A stretch of DNA of 64,000 nucleotides from positions 62,001 through 126,000 of the forward strand of contig KZ538335.1 of NCBI GenBank assembly GCA_000934665.2, given 5' to 3'. Each line of letters begins with the position of its first letter. Within the stretch, counting starts at the first letter, position 1. This stretch comes from Catajapyx aquilonaris. Taxonomy: Eukaryota. Below are positions 55,268-64,000 of the stretch, in pieces. The notes under the pieces are model-generated. The model saw only the letters and a program-made list of their open reading frames with translations. It was not told the origin of the DNA and did no database searches. Position numbers and translations under genes: made by a program.

Positions 55268-56012
55268 CCATAATATTTTTAGAGTATGAAATTATTTTAC
55301 CGCGTGATTTTAGAGCATGAATTTTACCTTCATGATTTTTAGAACATGGTACTTACCGCATGATTTTTTGAGCTTAAGATTTTTTACACCATGAAATTTT
55401 ACCCCATGATTTTTAGAGCATTATATTTTACCGCATGATTTTTAGAGCATGAATTTTTACCTTCATGATTTTTTGAGCTTAAGATTTTTTACACCATATT
55501 TTACCCCATGATTTTTAGAGCATGAGATTTACCGCATGATTTTTTGAGCGTAAAATATTTTACACCATGAAATTTTACCCCACGAATTTAGACCATGAAA
55601 TTTACCGCATGATTTTTTGAGCGTAAAATTTTTTACACCATGAAATTTTACCCCATGATTTTAGAGCAGCGGTTCTCAAACTGTGTTCCGCGGAACCCTA
55701 GGGTTCCGTGACACCAGCATAGGGGTTCCGCAAAAGATTTGGAAAATATAAAAAATAAATTTTAGTACCTAAAAAACAATAGCATGATTGGCTTGAAAAA
55801 AAATTTAACATAACCTTGCCCTAATACTTATAGGTATTCCTAGCACAAATTACGAGTTAAGATTAGGGTTCAGGGTTCCGCGAAAGAATTATGAGGTAAA
55901 TAGGGTTCCGCGGCCCAAAAAGTTTGAGAACCGTTGTTTTAGAGCATGAAATTTACCCCATGATATGTAGAGCATTAAATTTCACCGCATGATTTTTTTG
56001 AGCATGAAATTT
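55268..56012. repeat. AT-rich minisatellite (~28-30 bp base unit with higher-order structure), interrupted by a hAT MITE
   Basis: Repeated TTTTACC(G/C/T)CATGATTTTT(A/T)GAGCATGAAA. The variant block TTTTGAGC(T/G)TAA(G/A)AT..TTTTACACCAT recurs four times (~55365, 55471, 55541, 55613). Confidence 0.9.
55667..55936. mobile_element. 270-bp hAT (Charlie/Buster-type) MITE
   Basis: TIRs CAGCGGTTCTCAAACT and AGTTTGAGAACCGTTG (1 mismatch); 8-bp TSD TTTTAGAG at 55659-55666 and 55937-55944 with central TA; repeated subterminal GGGTTCCG motifs at both ends. Confidence 0.92.
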
Positions 56013-56881
56013 CGGTTGACAATATTTTTCCATTTCGAGCCCCTTACTATAGCCATGCTTCTCATCACTGAAGAGTAGCCACACCCAAGAAAACCTATAA
56101 AACAGCCATTTCAACTGGATCACCCTGTGTAAAACCGCACATATGTATAGTGGGCGGATAAGGGGTTGTGCGCAGGTGACGTGTAAAATAAGAAAGAAAA
56201 AAAATCCAACCAAGAATGGATCGGGTGCGAGAAAAGGTGGGCCAGGCTGCACCTTCCTGGAACTCCAATGGCGCGGGCGTATTGTCAAATACATAAAAGG
56301 GCCTCGCTCCTGACAGATGCAGGCTTCCAAGTAGGGGGTGGATGAGGGAGGGGAAGTGACGGGGAGAGAAGAAGAAAGGGGGGNCGGTTGCCACCAATCC
56401 TCAAGCCCGCCGCAAAAATATCCTTAGCATCGATTAGATGGATCCGGAAAGGCCAACATAGAACAAAACCGAGCTTCCTTCCGCCCACCCTTTTCTCGCC
56501 TCTTGTCTGCCCAAATCAGATTGATGTCGAAGCCTCTCCTTCCCCCTCCCATCTTCCCACTATCCTCCTCCTCCTCTTTTTTTTTTTTTGTCTTTCTTGT
56601 CCTCTTGAGTTTTGGGCGCAACTGTGCCCCGATCTCATCCATCAGAGGACCACTTCTCCGAATAATCCTCGAGGCTGCTGCATGCCGACAAACGCAATCT
56701 ACGGATCCGATGCACTTCGCCCCCTTAAGAATATTCACATCTTTCAATCCCAAAATTGGAATTCATGTCTTGGCTTTGTTGCAATGGTAGCCATCTTGGA
56801 CTGACACTCTCAGAAAGTGGGCTCAACAAATAGGCAGCTATGAAACTGCAATTGTTCTTTGGTAGACTACTAGACTATATA

Positions 56882-57118
56882 TATGGACGGTGTTATGCAA
56901 TAATGGGTCAACGCACAAAAATGTCAAAATGGAATTATTAAGCCCGGAACATATAATATCTGCCTAAGTTAAAATCAAGCTGGCGAAATATGCATGATAC
57001 TTATGCCATAAATGACCGAAAAGGACAATGAATTAACGTCACAGGTGACATTCAAAGCCCTTTTTTCTGAAATCTGTTCTCATGCGGGTTAACTCATTAT
57101 TTCATAACACCGTCCACA
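56882..57118 (+). mobile_element. MITE family B, most intact copy
   Basis: TA|TATGGACGGTGTTATGCAATAATGGGTCAAC ... GTTAACTCATTATTTCATAACACCGTCCACA|TA. Confidence 0.85.
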
Positions 57119-57890
57119 TAGAATTTTAAAAATCTTTTTTAAAAAATAGCTTCAAATATGTATCGTATTATCAGAAGTGCGAACCGGTAGGAACTTCAGA
57201 CGATTTTTAAAAATTTGGCATATTGTGACTGATTTTTCGAGATATGTCAATATTGATCATTAACACTAGAAATGATGGTAGTTATTTTTTTTCCAAAATC
57301 ATAATACCCAATATGAACCTATGTACCCAGTTTTGAAATAATCATTTATTTCACTAAATATCTGTTTTAGGAAACAACATACTACCGAACGTTAAAAACC
57401 GAACGTCTTCTATCATTGCTTCAAATATATATACATACTATAATGTTTCTAGCGCCTCTTGTGGTGATTTTAAAATTGAAAAATCGGCTGAAAAATCAGG
57501 GATTTCAAATGCTGATTTTTCTTCACTCTTTATATGACTAGGTAAAACGTTTCACTTTTTCATGTCCCATTACTATGAGCAACTTCCACTAAATATGGTG
57601 GGGATATGAGAGAAAAAAAACGATCTTTAAAGGGATCCTTTTCGGCTATTAGCTGAAAGTTATGAGCTAACTGTACATACACGACAGTTACCTCTTAACG
57701 CTCAGTTAAGAGGTTGTAAAACCAATGTATTTACGTCTTACAATGACATGAGTTTTTCCACCCCGTTCAACCGGTAATGTCACTTTTTTGGAGATAGAAC
57801 AACAATCATCTGCGATAAAACGAGAAAAAAAAAGCATTTCTTCGTGACATCCAAACGCCAACAATGACACTAACAATTAATGTCGATGTA

Positions 57891-58121
57891 CAGTGTTGGA
57901 CATTAATCGCGTCATACTGCTAGCGACATTTTCAGTCGCAGCAGACGTGCAAATTGAAGTGACAGAGCCGTGTGAGTAAGAAATGGTAGCCCTTGGGTGA
58001 CGTCACTGGCTGCGGGACAAGCCTTTTCTCAATTGCCCTCCAGCCAGTGACGTCACCCAAGGCCTACCTCTTCTTACTCGCACGGCAAGCCCATTCGATT
58101 TGCACTTCTGCCGCCAACACT
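57891..58121 (+). mobile_element. MITE family A copy
   Basis: TA|CAGTGTTGGACATTAATCGCGTCATACTGCTAGCGACATT..., TGACGTCA at 57998 and 58048, and a right end CCAACACT with a subterminal deletion. Confidence 0.88.
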
Positions 58122-61100
58122 AGGGTGGTCCATATGACAAGATGAGAACACGGGTGAAAGTTAGTTGTTCTCTCCAGCAACCAAACAAAAAACGGGGGCG
58201 TTTCACTGCTAACTGTTTACTGTGGGGTTGGCCTTTCCCTATACCACCCCCTCTTGAACTGTGGACTTTTACTGGAGAAATCCACTTATTAGACCAACAC
58301 TATTTTACTTTCATAGTAGGATTTACACGCGCATCGTGGCAGCCCGTACTTAGGGTTGTTGTATACATTGTGGTGTATATGAGAAACCTTCTTCTCACCT
58401 CCCTCACCTGGAGGATTTTTGGGGGGGCCCTTTTGTTGGCAAGCTGGCCCTGTCACTTTGACTTGTGGCCTCATTAGACTGGAAAGGGGGGAAGGAGGGG
58501 GGGGGGGTGTTTGCTGGACAATGGCCGAGCCTGCGCCTTCTGCGCCCACCACCTGTTTTCCGGGCCTGCGTTGTCGAGTTTCCCTCCCTCGCACTTATTT
58601 TCCTCGCCTGCGTATGTCATTTCCGCACATTCCAAAAACACCCAGTGCGTGATGGCACCACGCACCACTTTTACTACAGGTAATTTGCATCAGCCTGAAT
58701 TGCAAGCGTAAACCTTTGATTTATCGTAGGCATCAGCGGAGTGGAAACAATATCTTATTTGCTGATCGCATATTGAGATATGGCTAAATTATGCTTCCAG
58801 TTTACCGACCCCGAGTTCATTAGTGGACTAGATCTTAACAAGGCTTGTCCTTTTCAAGGTGCAAAAAAAAATTAACAGCCACCTCCATTACGTAACCTGA
58901 TGTATAGATGTTTAGACTACAATTTGCACCTGTTAAGACCAACTAAACATCTGCAAACGTTTAGTTAGTTTAAACCCACCCACCGGCATTATCGCTACTA
59001 GCATTTGTAAAAGAGCAGCATAATTACTACACAATTTGCATTAATAAAATTTATTGTTACCATTAGCATAATTAATTAAATTACTGCGGATTTACCTGAA
59101 TTTCAAACTACTTCCAAAATTTTACATTATTGCCTCTATTATATGTGTGCATATCGTGGTAGTTAACATTTAAAATTGGTAGTCACGACTTACAAAATGC
59201 GACCAGAAGGTCAGTATACCAGCTCTAGAGAGCAATAAAATCAACAATAAAATCTGTCAAAAGACCTCCTTTTATGCTGTCAGTGTTGCTAAAAACTTAA
59301 AATAATTTTCCTGCCACCCACAAAAACGTCCTTAGCTACTACTTCTTCTTAATATCACGGCCCGTAACATAATTTAGCAAATTTATGGCTGAACAGGTCC
59401 ACTAACAGGCTTATAAAACCTCTTAATAACATCCAGGGTATTGTTGCGCCACACGTCGAACAAAAAAAAAGCAAGATAAGTGATATTCGCTCCGGTCCAA
59501 CCTGCTGCTCCTTCAATAACTTTGCCGTCAATCTTTGAAGAACTGGTTACACCACATTGCCCCCATCGATAGCATCTTCTGGATTTAAATACCTGACAAT
59601 ATCCACGATCGTAGCGGAAGTATTGAGGACGTTACAAATTATGTGGAGATGCGAATTTTTCATGTTGTAATCTCGACAGTTTTCTATGCACATTGTCACT
59701 CAGGTATTGTGCATTTACAGCAGTCTCTCTGTTAGATCCGAAGATCTCCTTAGAGGAGGTAATAAATTTTATATTATTTTATTGCAGGCAACAAACATTT
59801 TGCAAATTATTAGGTCCCGTATGAAATTCGATTCTGATTAACTTGATATATATACCGGTATATGAATATGTACACACTCCTACTATTGTCTTCAATATTA
59901 TTTTACAACCTGCAACTATAGCCACAGTTCCGTTCCAATCTGGCGTTATATGTTCTCTACCACTCTCGGATCAATTAGGCCCGTTTCAATTAACCCCAAC
60001 CTCCAACAGCCCGAGGGCCACAACTCAAAAAACCGCTCTCAACAAATCACACCCCCGAGAGATACCATCAGCAAGCACATCTTATCTCCATAATTGTCAA
60101 CATCCACCTTGAAAAGCGTGCATTATCATCAATCTCCCAAGTCAGTCCCCCCTCCATTACACCTACAAGTTGCCCTCGAGGCACCTCAGGAGTCACTGGG
60201 CGCATAAATTCCGAAAAAAAAAAAAACCAACCTTGAGTCGTTCCATGGCTGCCACTATGGGGTAGGTTCACTCACTGTTTAACCCACACACACATAACAC
60301 GTTTTACACATATCACCACGGAAATTTTTGTCACCAATATGGGCGTGGGCGACTTGAAGGCGCGAGTGGGAGAGCAACTGCTCTTACCCCTTGCCCCAAG
60401 GAAGAACTGGGACTTCTTTTCCCTACCCTTTCTTTCTGGGTATGCCCACCCCGTCACCCGCACCCCCACAAATCCCCCCTCAACTTTTGGGTTGCGGGAG
60501 GAGGACCCCTAACGAAAAACCCACCCAAAAACCCCCTTCCAGAAATGTGAAAAGCAGGGTCATGTGAGAACCCAGACTGGGACAAAGTTCCCAGTCCAAA
60601 AAAGAGCGCCCCTCCAAAATGGAAAATGTTTTTTAAGATAAAAAAAAACGAGGGGTTCGTTTTTTTTTGAATATGTATAGAGTAGGGAAGGGGAAATGGG
60701 CTAGGTAAAGGAGCGTTTGCTGGAAAAATGTTGGACGATCAGCTTTGAGGGAGGCTGGTTTTGTGAGGCAAAATGCTGGACAATGGCGGCCTTCGTCCCT
60801 GTTCAATGCATGCTTCGCTTTTTTTTTCCTCCCTGAATCTGGAAATTTAAGCGCCATTCAGGTTCCCCCCAACCTAAGGGCTAAGCAGCACCTGTGAAGC
60901 CAAGGAAGGAAAAAAAAAACACTCCTTTTTCCGGGAACTCTATCCCTAAGGAACCCAAACGACGGATCCCACGATATTTTTTATCATCCGTTTCTTTCAA
61001 ATCAGTTTTTTTTCCTGCAGATTCGCGCATTTTTCATGGGGAGATTTCACATACCCCATTGAATACACCGCAAAAATGTAATCCTGAAAAATTATCAAAT

Positions 61101-61575
61101 TGTTGCCTATTAGCCCCCCCAAAAAATGTTTCAATATGACTTACAGAATCTTGTTCAAAGGAACCTACAAAATGCGAAGATTTTTTTTTGTTCCACCATG
61201 CTTTCCTTGCTCCTTTTCCTCTTTTTCGAGAGGCCCTTGTGTGTTCGCCCAGCTAAATATTTCAAGGCAATAAAAATAGAGTGAGTGGAGACCTGGAGAT
61301 CAAAGACGAGGAGGTAATGCAAGGAATTCTGGCCGAATCAAGCTCAGCCTCTGGATCAAACCGACGGCACGAAGGCATTCCTACTTTCATCTTGCCAGAC
61401 TTTGTTTCCTTCCGATAGCCCCAGACCCTTCCCCATTACCAAACTAGTCTTCATCTATACTTTAATTGCATTTTTCTCGCCGATTTTTTTTTAACCGGAA
61501 TGCTTACACACTGGGGGAACAAAAATTCCAGAGGAATGGTGTCGTAAGAGGAACCTTGCTCTACTGCACTATTAG

Positions 61576-61716
61576 TTGAACAGTTATGCAATAATGTGTC
61601 AACCAACAACATAATCTGCACAATAAATGACCGCAAATGACACTGAATTAATTTCACAGGTATGCCATTTTTCTCAAATCTGTGGGTTGACTCATTATTA
61701 CATAACACCCGTCCAA
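61576..61716 (+). mobile_element. MITE family B, internally deleted copy
   Basis: GTTATGCAATAATGTGTCAACC...ATAAATGACCG...TTTCACAGGT...GGGTTGACTCATTATTACATAACACCCGTCCAA. Confidence 0.75.
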
Positions 61717-63025
61717 GTTGTTCCTGATATTTGCAATTTTCTGTCCCCGAATCATTTCTGATGTTGTTGCATTTTTGTTGTCTTCCCAACAATTGCAGGA
61801 CCCTACTAGACAAGGACGAGAAAAAAAATGGCGCGCAATTTGCGAGCGGACAGGTGAGAGCTCAAGAGAAAATAAATGGCAAAGTTTGGAGCCTGCAGCC
61901 TTAAGCCGGCCGGCAAATAGATTTGGAGCAAAGTTGCAGCACAGACGCCGCTTCCGCCTTGGGATGAATCTAATTTGCCAGACTTGGCCGTGACTCGCAC
62001 CACCAAAACTACGCCCTTTTATTGATACCCCCCTCCCCCCAACCCACTTTTTTTTATCCGCACCCACCCTACCACCCACTGTAAGAAATCCTTTTTTTTC
62101 TGTCATCTTCCTCACCTTATCGTACCCCATGGCTTATTATGCACCCTACCAGAAGAAGCATCCCTGGCTATGATGACGCTTCTAAAAAAAACTGCGGAAA
62201 AGACACATTTTTGGCAATGCCCCCCCATCACCAATGTTGGATTCCGCCAAATGGGGTCTGCCAAATCCCTGATGAATATTCAGCGCCGCGTCCCGTAGCC
62301 TTCCTAACGAAGTCCGAGCCCGGGCCATAAAAGCAAAATTTACTGATTTTTCTCCCTAAATTCCCCGGGCCTTACCACCTCCGCTTTTCCACCCTCTAGA
62401 CACTCCTACCCATCGATGCCATATCTAGAAAATATCCAAAACGCATACTAATATCACCTCTGAAATTCCGATACAACATATGTGGATCAACAGCAAATAT
62501 TCCAAATTGCAATATGATTTCCAATATTTTGCGTGATATTCACACGCTTGTTATGCCAAAATTTGGACATCTGGGCGTATGTCCGATCTGGCAACAGTGG
62601 AGTGAACCAAGTGGACAAGGAAAGGCCGTTTCCCCGATGAATATAGCCGAAAAGGCATTAAGGAGGACGGCGGCGGGCATTATGCGTCATTGTGAGCATC
62701 GCTGGACGCTAGCGGGGGGCTTTATATGGCTCAAGGGGAGGGCAACACATCTCATGCATTTTCTCTCACTCCTAGGCCAGGGTTGGGCTGCTGCAAATCC
62801 TTTATGCCGGACTATAATATGCCATTACTCCCAAAAACTCTCCATGTTTCTTATGAAATCCTGATTCCTTATTTTTTTTTCCTTCTGGACCAAACTCCTA
62901 TATTCCTATTGCCCAAAGGGTGCTTCAGACAGATATGGGTATGGCCTGTTGTCAAGAATCGCATCTTGGAAAACATTGGATATGTCCGCACCTGGAAATG
63001 GTGCTCAAAATGGTAAAATATACCA

Positions 63026-63406
63026 GCGACACGGTGGCATAGTGGTTAGCGCCGCAGCCTTCCACCTCTGATGTTCGATACGGATAGAGTTTCGATGGGT
63101 TCTCGCGGTGTTCGCGTGGGTTTTCTGTCGGTGTTCGCGTGAATTTCTCGCGGTGTTCGCGTGGATTTTCTCGGGGTTCGCGTGGATTTCCTCGCGGTGC
63201 TCGCGTGGGTTTTCTGTCGGTGTTCGCGTGAATTTCTCGCGGTGTTCGCATGGATTTCCTCGCGGTGTTCGCGTGGGTTTTCTGTCGGTGTTCGCGTGGG
63301 TTTTCTCGGGGTTCGCGTGGATTTCCTCGCGGTGTTCGCGTGGGTTTTCTGTCGGTGTTCGCGTGGGTTTTCTCGCGGTGTTCGCGTGGATTTTCTCGGG
63401 GTTCGC
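63026..63406 (+). mobile_element. Truncated copy of the 12.4-12.7 kb SINE whose core has expanded into a minisatellite
   Basis: The head GCGACACGGTGGCATAGTGGTTAGCGCCGCAGCCTTCCACCTCT and GGATAGAGTTTCGATGGGTTCTC match the first copy, and the B-box region is partly deleted. It is followed by 13 full 21-23 bp units related to GTTCGCGTGGGTTTTCTCGCGGT (63110-63400) and has no 3' tail. Confidence 0.9.
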
Positions 63407-64000
63407 CACCAGACCAAAATTGAGACTACGTGTCCAATCTCTGCAGCATCCCAGTGACGTCTGATAAAAAAAAGAAGAAATGCGATTTTCTCCCCATTTC
63501 CAAAACTCTCAGGAATGGTTGAGAAAAGTGAGGCAGCTTGTCACGAGTGGGTGGCAAGAGGGGGGGGGGGGGGNTCTCGTCCTACCCTCCCTCAAATCTA
63601 CTTTACTTGTCTCACAACCTGATGAATTTTAATATGGAAGAAGGGGAGGGGGGGAATTCGCACCCTAACCAATCACGATCAACGAAATTTGCATACAGCT
63701 ATTTACATAATAGGACCCGGCACTATACCGTCCCCCCAAAAAATTGGGCTGAAAATTTCATTTTTGTGGTCAGATCCTCCAGGGATGATTTTTCTTATGA
63801 CGCATACATTACTTATTCACATGTTCTCCCTCGTCATTCATGTCTCCATGGACCCATTTTCCAAACGGACATCAATCCATATTACAACACACTCCGGGAT
63901 ATCATACGTTGAATAGAATTCATCCCTATTTTTTTTCTTCAAAACAACAACAAAGCTGGACTAGGGATTAGCATACACTGGAGGGTAGCCAATCGGCAGA

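Noticed and set aside
55268..56012. CRISPR-like periodicity
   Set aside because: The units are contiguous and degenerate, with no unique spacers and no cas genes, in a eukaryotic context.
4817..61832. Recurrent YY1/Pho-like AANATGGC motifs suggesting Polycomb response elements
   Set aside because: Only about twofold over a rough expectation, dispersed, and partly inside repeats.
62952..63464. Several repetitive ORFs on both strands
   Set aside because: They are translations of the SINE-derived minisatellite.

Overview
This window is eukaryotic DNA, probably from an invertebrate metazoan, and is almost entirely non-coding. It contains no CRISPR array, rRNA, genuine tRNA gene, operon or autonomous transposase/RT ORF that I can support, and the supplied ORF track looks spurious. 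The only plausible coding sequence is a minus-strand frame running off the left edge (1-304). It encodes a poly-proline stretch, ITPPKTPP and EEEEQPLDFS (a PxDLS-like CtBP-binding motif), which suggests the 5' part of a transcriptional repressor whose identity I cannot determine. The other ~63.5 kb reads as a gene desert or large intron upstream of it, with GC-richer, G/C-tract-rich islands and clustered POU octamer sites. Non-autonomous mobile elements are interspersed: a tRNA-derived SINE with a V-domain-like core and a 10-bp TSD; a second SINE copy whose core has expanded into a minisatellite; a fold-back MITE family carrying paired CRE sites (5 related copies); a second MITE family (3 copies, one with a nested insertion); a tandem array of palindromic mini-MITEs; a hAT MITE inserted in a satellite; and several near-perfect palindromes. 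I did not find a clearly new biological system. The best leads are the possible CUG/uORF-controlled start of the repressor, the POU site clusters, and the TE-to-satellite and TE-to-regulatory-site transitions.
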